Positions 45,476 through 56,600 of a stretch of 64,000 nt of DNA are shown here, piece after piece; position 1 is the first letter of the stretch; every line of letters starts with the position of its first letter. A program made the position numbers and the translations under genes. A model generated the notes under the pieces. That model was not told where the DNA came from, did no database searches, and saw only the letters and a list, made by a program, of their open reading frames with translations. Source of the stretch: an uncultured archaeon. GTDB taxonomy: Archaea; Altiarchaeota; Altiarchaeia; IMC4; SCGC-AAA252-I15. The stretch is from the NCBI GenBank assembly GCA_902384455.1, contig CABMCB010000094.1, positions 32,001 to 96,000 on the forward strand, read 5' to 3'.

Positions 45476-46324
45476 TTAGTTCAGGGGTTCGATTTCCTCC
45501 TCGGTCTTTGCGCCCACAACAACCGAGTCAATCAAACGCCCAGTCTGTGTTTTTAACGTGAGATTAAACGTGAACGGAAGAGTCCCAAAATAATTCATTG
45601 GGTACGTTAAGTTCGCCCAGTCACAAGGATTATCAGGCGGATTAGCCGGCGAAATCAAGGAGTAGCGAGTATCAAGATAGCCCTCCAAATTCCTAAACCC
45701 TCGACCATACGTATTAGCAAACAAAACAACAGAATACTCACTACCATTTTCACCAATAGCATAACCCCTATATCGCTTCAATTTAACGTCTGTTATTTTT
45801 CCGTCTGCGGGGCACTGCGGGTACGGGTTTACGTTGGGCCCGTAGTTTAGTGTGAATTTGTCTAAGATTTTGTCGCCTTCGCGCAATTCCACGTTAATCG
45901 GGTATTTGACGCTGGTGTTTGCGATTCTAATGCGGAATGATGTTGTGATTACGTTGGAGAATTCTACGTTCACTATGTCCGGTTCAAGACTCACGCTTTG
46001 ACCCCAAACAGCCCAATAATCCACAGGCTCTTCTCCAAGTTTGCCAGTCGCCCAGTAGGAGCCGGGCGGAAAAACACTACAACTCCACCTTCTACCGTCA
46101 ATCCAAACTTCCCACGGCACATTACCTTTCCCGCCACCCAACACACGCTCCTCCACCGCAAAACTAATTATCTGCCCCCCCTCCTGAACCTGCGGGTCAA
46201 CAAAACGAACATACTCAACAAAAAACAACCAGTAAAAACCAACAACAAACAAACCCAAAATTATCAAGAAAACTAAACACAACCCCGCCACCACCCGCCA
46301 TTTACTTTTCATTGTATCCATCAT
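45476..46324 (-). CDS. Variable membrane-anchored protein, paralogue 3
   Basis: N-terminal TM instead of a lipobox. The C-terminal third is nearly identical to paralogue 2. Confidence 0.8.
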   Translation of the reverse strand: MMDTMKSKWRVVAGLCLVFLIILGLFVVGFYWLFFVEYVRFVDPQVQEGGQIISFAVEERVLGGGKGNVPWEVWIDGRRWSCSVFPPGSYWATGKLGEEPVDYWAVWGQSVSLEPDIVNVEFSNVITTSFRIRIANTSVKYPINVELREGDKILDKFTLNYGPNVNPYPQCPADGKITDVKLKRYRGYAIGENGSEYSVVLFANTYGRGFRNLEGYLDTRYSLISPANPPDNPCDWANLTYPMNYFGTLPFTFNLTLKTQTGRLIDSVVVGAKTEEEIEPLN

Positions 46325-46339
46325 CGTCCTCCCGCGGAC

Positions 46340-47251
46340 TTATGTTGTTTTTTCTGTTTCGGACACAGCGCCCACTGTGACCGAATCTATTGGTTTACCT
46401 GTTTTAGTTTTTACTGTGAGTGTAATCGGCATTTTCAATGATTCGTTAGTATACACAAGACGATAAGGAATCGTTTGAATCACACAAGGATCAGACGGAG
46501 AAACATAATCAGGAAGACGATACTCACTCCAATAAACTCCATCAACAAAAGGCTCAGAACCATCAATACCCACCCCAGTCAAATTAAAAGACAACGTCCA
46601 CACCTCCATAGGCCGCCCATCAAGAACATACTGACCCTCAGACTGCCGCAATATAACACCGCTAGTTTTTCCTTCCGCCTGGCATTGCGGGTACGGGTTT
46701 ATGTCTGGCCCGTAGTTTACTGTTTTTTGTCCTACAGATTTTCCTTTATACTTGACTTCCACTGTAAGAGGGTAAGTGAAATTGAAATCTGATACCCTAA
46801 GCAGATAATGAACCTTCCGCAAATACACAATATTTATGTTGATTGTATCATGCTCCGCCTGCAACCCCGGATACTCCACGTTATTAGGCATCAAACCCAC
46901 CTGACGCCCATTAACCCACACCTCCCACGGAAAATCAAAACGCTGACTCCAAACCCGATCTTCCACAACAAAAGACACCACACCACCCCCCTCAACCACA
47001 TCAACACCACCCAAACGAACATACTCAGAAAAAAACAACTCGTACACGCCAAGAGAAAACAAACAAAAAAATACAATAAACGTTAAACCCAATAGGATGG
47101 CGTATTTATGGTTGTAGTGTGAGGTATTTTTTAGGCCTCTTTGGTTTCTGGTTGTCCTCCCGCGGACTCCGGATGTGAGGCTTAGGGTCGGGGTGATGGG
47201 GGGATGGCGCCCACTGTCCTCCTCCCGGCCCGGTTTCGGTTGGACGTTCAT
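46340..47251 (-). CDS. Variable membrane-anchored protein, paralogue 4 (start uncertain)
   Basis: Same family core but lacks the Trp-rich variable insert. The 15-bp motif lies inside its annotated 5' part and is not followed by an ATG. Confidence 0.7.
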   Translation of the reverse strand: MNVQPKPGREEDSGRHPPITPTLSLTSGVRGRTTRNQRGLKNTSHYNHKYAILLGLTFIVFFCLFSLGVYELFFSEYVRLGGVDVVEGGGVVSFVVEDRVWSQRFDFPWEVWVNGRQVGLMPNNVEYPGLQAEHDTININIVYLRKVHYLLRVSDFNFTYPLTVEVKYKGKSVGQKTVNYGPDINPYPQCQAEGKTSGVILRQSEGQYVLDGRPMEVWTLSFNLTGVGIDGSEPFVDGVYWSEYRLPDYVSPSDPCVIQTIPYRLVYTNESLKMPITLTVKTKTGKPIDSVTVGAVSETEKTT

Positions 47252-47488
47252 GTTTTCAGTATTATTTTGACTGCGAGGGCGGTTATGAATACTGTTGTGT
47301 TGAAAAGTATGTATGTGTTTGTTTTCTGGTTCATTCCAGGTCCCTCAGCGGTTTTGCTTTTAGTTCTCCGTCTTCTGTTTTCAGGCGGAGTATGTCGCGG
47401 TGTTTTAGGCTTAATGCGAGGATGACTTCGCGGGGCACGTAAATTCGCCCCGCTCCGTTGTCTTCCAAGTATATTTTGCCTATCTCAA

Positions 47489-47788
47489 TCATTTGTCTGC
47501 TGCCTCCTTGAGGGTTTGGATTACGACGCTGTTTGGGAAGACGGCGACTCCTGCGCGGAGGTTGCGTCCGTCCTCGCTTTTCCCCAAGAAGACTGTGTGT
47601 TTGTATGCTGGTTTGACGCCTTCTGCGCCGCGCTTCTCCAGTGCTACGTTGTCTAATGCTGCCGTTATCAGGGAGGCGCGGGCGGCCACCGCTTCGAATA
47701 CTCGCGCCGACATGCGGCTTTCGTTCATTAGGTCGTATTTTGTTTTTCCTATGGTTACCGTTTTCGATTCAGTTTTGGTCATATTCAA
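47489..47788 (-). CDS. Hypothetical protein
   Basis: 99-aa ORF with AAGGTGG SD-like sequence and TTTTATA upstream. Confidence 0.6.
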   Translation of the reverse strand: MNMTKTESKTVTIGKTKYDLMNESRMSARVFEAVAARASLITAALDNVALEKRGAEGVKPAYKHTVFLGKSEDGRNLRAGVAVFPNSVVIQTLKEAADK

Positions 47789-47911
47789 CCACCTTGTTAG
47801 TTACCGGGCAGAAAAACTATAAAAAAAGATATGCTAGAATGTATATGTATGAAGTTACACTTTTGTGGGGTTAACGTTATGAAAACCCTGTTTTTGGCGG
47901 CGCAGATTCGT

Positions 47912-49132
47912 TTATTTTGTTTGCCAGGTCATTAGGTTTCCTTCTTGTTCGTGGGGTATTTTTCTTGGTAGTAGTAGGCCTGTTCTGGAGAATTCTGTGT
48001 GGTGTAGGCTTAGTGTTGCGGGTAGTATGCCGGCGTATATTTCGTCTTTTTGGTCTGGGTTTTGGTCTGCGTCGTTTAGTAGGCGAGTGATTTCTGTTTG
48101 TTCTTGTGGGTTGTCTAGTTGCCATTTTAGTCGTGTTAGGCGGGCTAGTGTGTATGGGCTTGTGGGGTAGGATTGTATTAGGTGTGCTTCTTTTTTTTGG
48201 GTTGCGTTGGCGATTGTTTGCGCTAGTGCCATTGTTGTGCGGGTTAGGAATGCGGACCATCCTTGTTGTTGGTAGGGTGTTTGGGTTTGGGTGTAGTGTA
48301 TTTCCCATGTTTTGGCGCTTCCTAGGTTTAGGGTTTGGTATGCGACTTGGGTTTCGTGTCCTTTTGTGCGTGTGGGGTTTGTGTCTGTTATTTCTAGCAT
48401 TATTCCTGCGCCGCCCCATACGGCTGTGTGTTCGTCGCCTGTGTCTGCGTCTGCTGGTCGGGTTATTTTGAGTGTGTATCCGTCTTGGAGGGGTATTGTC
48501 CAGGGTTGTCCTTTGTTTCCGTCGTATGCTTTGTTTATTAGGTCGTTGGTGTTTGCGGGGTTTATTGTTTCTGCGGCTGTTTGTATTAGGCGGTCGTCGT
48601 CTTGTTGCGTGAATACGGGGTTGCTTGTGCGTGCGGGCGTTGCTTCTCCTGTAAGTAGGCGCGCTATTTTTTGGGCTGCTGCTTCTGCGGTTTTTGTAAG
48701 TAGTATGCGTTCTTCTTCTTGCATTGGCCGGTGGGCTTTCCAGCTTATTTGGGGGTCTGCGGTGCGTATTTGGTGTTTTTGGGTGTCGAATGGGGTGAAG
48801 TTTATGCAGGCTAGGTCTTGGTCTCCTTGGGCTAGGAACATTCGGAAGGGGGGTATGCCTGCTTTTGGCGTGATGTCTATGCGGTATTCGACGTCCAAGT
48901 GTATTGTTGCTTTGCGGTTTAGTTCGGCTATTGTTTGAGCGCGGTTTGGGTATTGGTTGGTTCTTGCTCGCCAGTAGCGTCTTATGTCTCGTCCGAAGTC
49001 GTATATTCCTTCTCTGTTGTCGGGTAGTGCGTCTAGGATTCGTTTGGTTACTGGGTCTATCTGGAGGGTTTCTGGGGGCGCGGGTGTTTCGCCGGGTTTG
49101 TGTTGTATGGGGTCGGGTTGGTTGACTAGCAT
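47912..49132 (-). CDS. Hypothetical protein (possible GNAT-like C-terminal half)
   Basis: 406-aa ORF with A/C-rich codons. PYQQQGWS weakly resembles the GNAT Q/RxxGxG/A motif. Confidence 0.6.
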   Translation of the reverse strand: MLVNQPDPIQHKPGETPAPPETLQIDPVTKRILDALPDNREGIYDFGRDIRRYWRARTNQYPNRAQTIAELNRKATIHLDVEYRIDITPKAGIPPFRMFLAQGDQDLACINFTPFDTQKHQIRTADPQISWKAHRPMQEEERILLTKTAEAAAQKIARLLTGEATPARTSNPVFTQQDDDRLIQTAAETINPANTNDLINKAYDGNKGQPWTIPLQDGYTLKITRPADADTGDEHTAVWGGAGIMLEITDTNPTRTKGHETQVAYQTLNLGSAKTWEIHYTQTQTPYQQQGWSAFLTRTTMALAQTIANATQKKEAHLIQSYPTSPYTLARLTRLKWQLDNPQEQTEITRLLNDADQNPDQKDEIYAGILPATLSLHHTEFSRTGLLLPRKIPHEQEGNLMTWQTK

Positions 49133-49158
49133 TGTTATTAACCTGCGTTGGGAGTTAA

Positions 49159-49770
49159 TTAATTCGGCTTTTGTGCTGTGAAGTATATGTCGGCGTGTAT
49201 GTGTGTTCCGCCGTGTGTGTGGTTTACTAGGTCTTCGGTGATTTCGACTTCAGTCATTCCCGCCAGCATTTCCCTTATTTCTTTTTTTGTGAAGTATTTT
49301 CCTTCGCTGCCTCTTGTGCCTTTTGGCCCGAATTTTTCGTCTTTTTCGCTTGGAACTGAGTGGACTAGCAGTCCCCCGGGCTTAAGCACCCTCATCATCT
49401 CGTCGAACGCCTTTTTCCTTTCGGTGCTGGTGAATATGTGGAATATGAAGAATCCGTATACTGCGTCATATGAGGCGTCTTTGAATGGTAGGTTTAGAAG
49501 CGACCCCAATCGTAAGTCTGCTTTGGGGAAGAGTTTTTTTCCCAGACGCAACGCCTCCTCGGAGGCGTCTATTCCAACCGCCTCAAAGCCTTCCCGCCGG
49601 AAGTATTCCACGTCCCGGCCGTATGCGCAGCCGACCTCAAGGATTCCGCAGGCTTTTTTCTTTTTGAACAATTCTGCGGCTTTGACTGCGGCGGGGCTTG
49701 GTTCTATGCCCCATACTGCGCCTTCTTGTTTGAAGCGGTGGTTCCAGAGTTTTGCCGAGTCGTCTTCCAT
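49159..49770 (-). CDS. Class I SAM-dependent methyltransferase
   Basis: True start MEDDSAK (ATG 49770, overlapping the upstream stop). LEVGCAYGRD, GIDAS, LPFKDASYDAV, RVLKPGG. Confidence 0.88.
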   Translation of the reverse strand: MEDDSAKLWNHRFKQEGAVWGIEPSPAAVKAAELFKKKKACGILEVGCAYGRDVEYFRREGFEAVGIDASEEALRLGKKLFPKADLRLGSLLNLPFKDASYDAVYGFFIFHIFTSTERKKAFDEMMRVLKPGGLLVHSVPSEKDEKFGPKGTRGSEGKYFTKKEIREMLAGMTEVEITEDLVNHTHGGTHIHADIYFTAQKPN

Positions 49771-50630
49771 TAGTTGAATGTGGCTATTGGAAGGCTTATG
49801 AGGTTCCATCCTCCGAACATGATTGTGCGGTAGGTTATTGCTTGCAGGCAGTTTACGCATTGGATTGTTCTGGAGCCCGTGTCTTCTTGCGCGGTGTTGT
49901 CTGCTGTTGCTCGTAGCGTGAATGTTATGTTTCCGTTGTCTGTTGCGCCTGCTGCGGGTTGTATGTTTAGTGTGCCTGTGATTTGTGCGCCTGCTGCCAG
50001 TGTTCCGCCCGATATTATTGCGCTTCCTGTTCCGTCTTGGTAGGATAGGGAGTTGGAGGGGGTTGTGGTTATGGCGAGGCGTAGGTTGCTGGTGGATGCT
50101 GTTTGGGCGTCTCCTATGTTTGTGAGGCGGTATTGGACTGCGGCTGTGGTTCCGCCGTTTATTGCTGCGGGGACGCTTATTATTTCCAGGTTGAGCACAG
50201 GCTGGTTTTTGACTTCGATTGTTCCTGTGGGGCTTCCTGTTGCGGGGTTTATTGTGTCGCCGCCTGTTGAGCTTCCGCGTACTTCGATGATTATTACGCT
50301 TCCGTCGTATGTTCCTGTTGTTGTGGGTTGTATTTCGAATGTTGCGGTGCCAGAGCATGAGGGTAGTGTCTTGTAGTTTATGTCGTAGTTGTCGCGGACT
50401 CCCCATCCGGAGGGTATGCTTGTGACTTTTGCTTGGCAGTTTGTGACTGAGACGCCGGAGGGACTTGAGTAGGTGAATCCTATTTGAGTGTAGAGGTCTT
50501 TGCTGTAGGGGCTTGTTTCAGTGAAAGCTACGTTGCTGATGCTCATGCTGTATGTGGCCGCGTACGCTGTCTGGGCGATGAAGGCGGTTAGTATTAGCGC
50601 CGCCCAAGCCGTCTTGGTTGTTTTGTTCAT
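49770..50630 (-). CDS. Secreted Ig/CARDB-like protein ending in GWNLISLP
   Basis: Signal peptide (AYA), beta-sandwich pattern YRLTNIG...GTLAAG, and C-terminal GGWNLISLP. Confidence 0.7.
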   Translation of the reverse strand: MNKTTKTAWAALILTAFIAQTAYAATYSMSISNVAFTETSPYSKDLYTQIGFTYSSPSGVSVTNCQAKVTSIPSGWGVRDNYDINYKTLPSCSGTATFEIQPTTTGTYDGSVIIIEVRGSSTGGDTINPATGSPTGTIEVKNQPVLNLEIISVPAAINGGTTAAVQYRLTNIGDAQTASTSNLRLAITTTPSNSLSYQDGTGSAIISGGTLAAGAQITGTLNIQPAAGATDNGNITFTLRATADNTAQEDTGSRTIQCVNCLQAITYRTIMFGGWNLISLPIATFN

Positions 50631-50631
50631 T

Positions 50632-53600
50632 TTATGGTCCTCCTCCGGTTGCGTCTCTGTCGCAGGCGTTGTCTGCGAAGGACCAGGTGCATAATGCTCC
50701 TGGGCCGGGTGTTTGGTCGCAGATGCTTTGTTGGGTTATTATGTTGCAGCTTGCGCATTGGTTGTGGCCTGGGTCCCAGAAGCATGGGGGGTCGGCTGCG
50801 TTGCATGCGCCTTGCGTTGCGTATGTTGTGCAGTCTACTGGGTCGCCGGTTGGGTTACATTCGCTTAGTCCGCCGTCCCACGCGCATAGGCCGTGGCTGT
50901 TGTCGCATACGTTTTGGACTATGATGCTGTTGCATGCGTCTGGGTTGCCTCCGCCTCCTCCGCTGAATGCTATTCTCATGCACTTGTTTTTGTCGGCGTC
51001 CCAGTTGCATTCGGGTAGGTGGCTGCAGGAGCTTTCGTCTTGTATCATGTTGCAGCTTAGGCATTTGTCGCCTTCGGGTGTTCCTGTGACCCATAGGCAG
51101 GGTGGGTTGGCGTTTGTGCAGTCGCTTTGGTTTTTGAGGTCGCGGCAGTATACGGGGTTGGGGTTGGGTTGGCAGGTGCTTAGTCCGGCGTTCCAGCTGC
51201 ATAGTCCGGGTGGGTTGGATGCGCATACCGTGTTGTTGGCGACTCCTTCGCAGGCTTCAACTTGAGGTCCTTCGCCGCCTCCGCCCCCGCCGCCTTTGCC
51301 TCTGAAGTCGAACCAGATGCTGCTTTCTTCGCTGTCTCCTGCGTCTTCTTGTATTAGGATGCGGACTTCGTAGCCGAATCCTTCGTACCAGCTTGTGTTG
51401 TCTGTGAGGGCGATTAGCAGGAACATTAGGCCGTCGCTGTCTAGGCGGTTGTCGTCGATTGTTATGCCGTCGTAGTGGACTGAGACGTTTATGTCGCTGT
51501 AGTTGGCGAGGTCTGTTTCCTGCCATCGGCCGCCTATTACGCCGAACATTGATATGCCTGTGACGTTTACTGTGCCGGATATGGGTTGTCCGTTGAAGTC
51601 TCTGACGCGTATTCCTACTGTGAGGTTGCTTCTTGTGGTTAGGGATTGGCCCCACCATCCTTGGTATCTTTCTAGTAGGTGTACGGGTTCGCTTGTGTTT
51701 GCGTCCCATATTTCGTAGCCGCTTTGGGTGAATAGCGCGCCTGATGCGTTTCTGTATGGCAGGTTCATGAAGTTCCAGGTTCCTATGTTGCCTTGGGCTT
51801 CTGCCATGAGTCCTGCTTCGTCTGTTTGGCTTCCGGATGTGGGGTTTTGGTCTGTGCAGTTCATTCCTTCCCCGCCTCCTTCGCATTCGCGGTCGAATCG
51901 TATCATGTTGCTGTCGTCGTCTCCTCGTATCATGCCTTGTTGGGCGGGTTCGTCTTGGCCGCGTTCTTCTGCGTAGAGGATGAATGTTACGTTTCTGCCG
52001 CTGTTGTTGTTTAGGGGTGTGGGCCATGCTGTTTCTGGGGCGATGCTGCGTTTGTATTGTCCGTTTACTGAGCGGGGTATTCCTAGTGTTTTGGTTGGGT
52101 TTTGGGCTATGACTACGCCGTCGTTTTGGCTTAGGTAGCTTAGGTAGTAGTTGGTGCCGTCGAAGTTGGTTAGGTTGCCGTACTGGCGGCCTTCGTTTGG
52201 TGTGAGTATGGTGTCGTTGGATAGGTAGATGGATGTTAGTGTTACGTCGCTTTGGCTTTCGTTTCCGTCTATGGCGACTGCGTTGTATAGGGTTCCGCTT
52301 ACGTTTATTTTGCATAGGAGTTTTTGGTAGTTTTCGTTTGTGTAGTGGTCTTGGGTTTCGGCGGGTAGTCCGCTTACGTTGTAGCCTAGGGTTACCATGC
52401 CGTTTGTTAGGGTTACGCTTGCGTTTACTGAGTTGTCGCCGTTTACTCCTCCGAATGTTATTTTGACTCCGCGTCGTTCCTGGGTTGGTTGTCCGGGGTT
52501 GAGCCACATTTCGTCGGCGCCGCATCCTCTGCAGGTGGTTTCGTTTATTAGGAATCTTGCGGTCTGTTCGGTGTTGTTGGACTCGGACAGAGTGACTAAG
52601 TACGCCTGATACTGTTTCTCTTCAGCGAGGTTGAATGTGGTCCAGCCGTAATCCAGTGGGCTTATGTAGAGGACGTTTAGGATTATTGTGTCGTTGAGCC
52701 AGCTGTTGTAGACTCCTATGTCTTCGCCTTGGTGTTTTCCTGAGGTACCTGTGAAGTTGCTTGTGGCGCTCGTGTAGAACACGGGGTCTGCTGGGTTTGT
52801 CGTGTCTATTGCGTACCAAAGGTTCCTCCAGCTTGCGTAAGTAACCAGGTAGCTGCCGCTTGGGCCGACAAGCGCGCCTTGGTTTGGGTCGACTTTTATG
52901 TTGGAGTGTATTGTGTCGTTGTATTTCGTCTGAAGGTCGAATGTGATTTGATACATTGTGCCGGTCCACGTGGCGTTGAATATAGTCAGGTTTACTTCCG
53001 CTTCGCCTCCGGGGCAGCCTTGTTGGGCGCACCAGTCTTGGGTGTTGGCGTCGCCTCTAACTTGGATTACTCCAGTCTCGTTTGGTATTCCGGATGCGTC
53101 TAAGGCTACTGCCTTCTGGGCTGTGCTTAGGTTGAGGTCGTCGTCTATGTAGAGGTTTGTGGGCAGTCCGCCTGTGTCGTTTATGAACATGTAGGCGTTG
53201 GTGTTCACGCCTTCCCTGCGTATGCCAGTGTCGTAGCAGACTTGGTATAAGCCGTTTGTTGGGCCGCCGCATCCTGTGGCTGCGCCTGCTCCTTTGGTTA
53301 TTATTGCGGTGTTTGTTTGGGCGGCTTCGAATACCGTCTGGCATCCGTCTGGGCGGCATATGATGCCTTTGAATGTGTATGTTATGTTTTCCTGTGGGTC
53401 TTGTATTTGGCCGTCTGGGAATTGCCGTTCTCTTGTTAGCACCACGTCTCCTTGGGAGTAGGCTGCGGCGCCTGAGTAGTTGCCTGCGGCGGCTTTTATG
53501 AAGAGGTGTTGGATGTTTTGGTTGTAGAGGGCTGTGTAGCTGTCGTAAATCATGGAGGGGCCGAAGTCGTTGCTTAAGTATCCGGTGAAGTTGGCTTCGG

Positions 53601-56600
53601 GTAGGTCGGCGAGTATTTGTTCGAGTAGTGTGCCGTTTGTGTTTATCCATTCGGTTTGGGTTCCGCGGCTTTCCCACCATGTTAGCCGGCAGCTTGTTGC
53701 GTTGAAGTCTGTGAAGGCGGGGATTTTTATTACGTTTTTGAATAGTTCTGTTCGGCTGTCGAATGCGCGTACTTGTAGGAAAGGTGCCTCCCAGGGTTCA
53801 GGCACTTCTGTGATTGTTCCGTTGGGGTCTGTAGCCCTGTATAGGACTCGGAAGCTTCCGGGCACTGCTATGTTGACTGTGAGGAAGCCCATTCCGTCGT
53901 CTCCGACAACTGCAGGCCACCATGTGTAGTTGTTTGGGTCTAGCGGTTGGAATGTGCGGTCGTTGACTATTTCTGCGACGGTTATGTTTAGGTTTCTGGT
54001 GCGGCTGTATATTGGGATTGTGATGTTGCTTTGTTTGCGGTGCGTCCCAAGCCAGTTGTCTCTGCCGCTTTCGTTGAATGCGAATAGGACGTCGAAGAAG
54101 TCTCCTTTGATTAGGTAGAGTGTTTTGCCTGCGTAGTTAAGGTTTGCTCCGTTGCCGCCTATTATTATCGGAGTTTCCGCGGTGAAGTCTAAGTCGAGGT
54201 TGGTGTCGACGAGGGCGGTGTCGTAGACTCCCGACGTGTGCGGGTCCATGAGTACGAATGGGATTCCGTAGCTTGCTCTGTTTTGGCCGCGGTCTATTTC
54301 GCCGTCGTGATTGAAGTCTACGTCTACGAAGTCTTCGCCTATTGTTCCTATGCGCAGTACGCCGGATAGCGTTACGTTTCCGCTCGTGTTTACGCGTAGG
54401 TCGCGGAGTTCCCAGGTATTGGCGAATATGACTGGGGCTAGTGTGACGCTGTCGCGTTGTATTTTGGATATGCGGAACTTTGCGCCTGAGGAGTCTGTTA
54501 TTGTGTCTCCGACTGAAAGCGGGGTCAGGCTTCCGTTAGTGAGGTCGGCGTCGTTTTGGGCTACGTATACGCGCGCTGAACTTACTGACTCCCAGCTGAC
54601 TGGTCCGACGATTAGGTTGAATCCGCGCAGTACGGTGAGGTTTCCTGATGTGTTGTAGTAGCTGTAGAATTGGTTTAGTGCGACCTCTTCGTCGTGGTTT
54701 CTGACCTGAAGTATTTCAGCCCTTACGCCGGTCTTGTTTATTAGGCCGCAGCTGTAGTTGCTGCTTATTACGGGGTATGGGCAGCCTCCTGGGTATTGGT
54801 CGTAGAATCTGTTGCCTCTTTGTTCGTCGTAGTAGTAGAGTTTGTAGGAGGATGTTGTGTTGTAGTCTTGGCTCCATGTCTGTAGTATGTTGGCTAGGCC
54901 GTATGTGAATGATCTTAGGCTGAACCATTGGCTGTAGATTACGTTTCCTGGTTGTCCGTCTCCGAATGTGACGTTGAATCGTAGTTGTAGTACGTATTCT
55001 CCTTTGTTTAGTCCTGCGTTGGATAGTGTTGCGGTTAGTACGCGGCTTGCGTTGACGTCGTTTTCCCATGTGAGGTTGATTATGTTTTCGGGGTGGGGTA
55101 TTGTTTGGTCGCCTTCTTTTCCTCCGCCGCCCATCTTGAGCAGGCGCACCAGCGACGCGTCTGTTACGTTTGACGATGGGTCTGCGCTTACGCGGAAGCG
55201 CAGTGATTCGCCTGGCGAGAACACTGGTTCTCCTCTAAGAAGGAATTCCACGTCTATGTTGAATGGGGAGACTGAGAAGTGGTTGAATCCTGACGCCATC
55301 CTGCCTTGCGCGTCTTCGCCGACAGCCTCAATATCGTATTCTCCACCTAACGATGCGGCTTGCAGTATGAATGAGCTGACGTTGACGTTCCCGTACTGCG
55401 GGATTAAGCACCACGCTACGTTTGTTATGTTGGGAGTGAGCGACCGGAATACGGGTTCGCCGTTGAGGTTTGTGAACTGGAACAGCTGGGACTGGTCTAG
55501 GCGGGGTGTGGCTTGTACTATGCCTCCTCCGGCTTCGAATCCTACTATGGCGAACGCCTGGCTTCCCACCACCTTTATGGGGCCGCCGCCTCCGTCTTTG
55601 CCTCCTGCGTTTAGGGGTGTGCAGTTGCCTCCGGTTCGTTCTACTGCGAATACGGTCAGGTAGAAGTCTTGTATTTTGAAGAATCCTCGTCCGTAGTCAA
55701 TGTTTCCGTCGGCGTCTCTTACGCGGATGGATACGTCGTATTCTCCTACGGTCAGGTTTTCTGTGGGGTCTATTGTTACGTTGGCGCGGCCGTCGCTTCC
55801 TGTTGTTGCTCTTATTGCGGTGTAGTTGAATGTTCTGCTGGTTCTTTGGTGGCGTATTTCTTGTATGTATACGTCTACGTTGCTTGCTGGGCCGCGTGGG
55901 CCTCTGACTTCTATGGTTAGGTTTATGCTGTCTCCGGGTGCGAAGTAGTCGAATCCGGCGTTTGAGTTGGGGTATCCGCGTATGTCGTATCTTTTGATTT
56001 CAAATCCTCCGCCTCCTATGCCGGTTGTGGGGGTGGAGTTTATTGTTGTTGTGATGCGGTATCTTAGGGAGTGGAAGCTTGTTGTTGTGTTTGGTAGTTG
56101 TATCCAGAGGATGGTTGTGTTTTCTTGTCCTATTGTGGTTGTTTGCCAGCCCCATGCTGTGACTGCGTCGAGTATGTTTGTTCCTTGGGCGAATAGTTCT
56201 TGCGGTTCGATGTTTTGGATGTTTTCGGGGGATACTTCGTTTCCGGTCTGTAGGTCTTTTACTGTTATTTTGAGGGTGACGTTTGATGAGGGGGGGAATT
56301 GCGGGCGGAATGTGTTTGACGTTAGGTCCCATGGTTGCGCGTATGTTTCTAGGTTTTGTATTAGCAGTTTTGAGCGTGCTTCTGTTGTTTCTCCGTTTAG
56401 GTTTAGTGTGGCGTGAAGGGCGTATTCTCCGGGTGTCGCTGGCGCCCAAGGCAGCCACGCCATGCATTGGCTTTCAAACGGCTGGGGGATTAGCGCTGTG
56501 GGGGCTTTGGAGTCGACCGTCTGTTTGACGTTGTCGAAGCCGCCTATGATTCCGGGTGCTGAGCTGTAGTTTGCAAGCAAAGTCCCTGAAGAGTCCGTTA

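Larger units (their letters stand above)
43329..47168 (-). repeat. Five identical 15-bp junction motifs AGTCCGCGGGAGGAC
   Basis: Plus-strand GTCCTCCCGCGGACT at 43329, 44359, 45459, 46326 and 47154. Confidence 0.9.

Noticed and set aside
43324-47251. Diversity-generating retroelement as the source of paralogue variation
   Set aside because: There is no reverse transcriptase in the window, and the differences are not adenine-specific TR/VR-type changes.
47425-47456. GCGGGGC/GCCCCGC hairpin as a small RNA
   Set aside because: It is a single stem downstream of a gene with no convincing C/D or H/ACA boxes, more likely a terminator-like hairpin.
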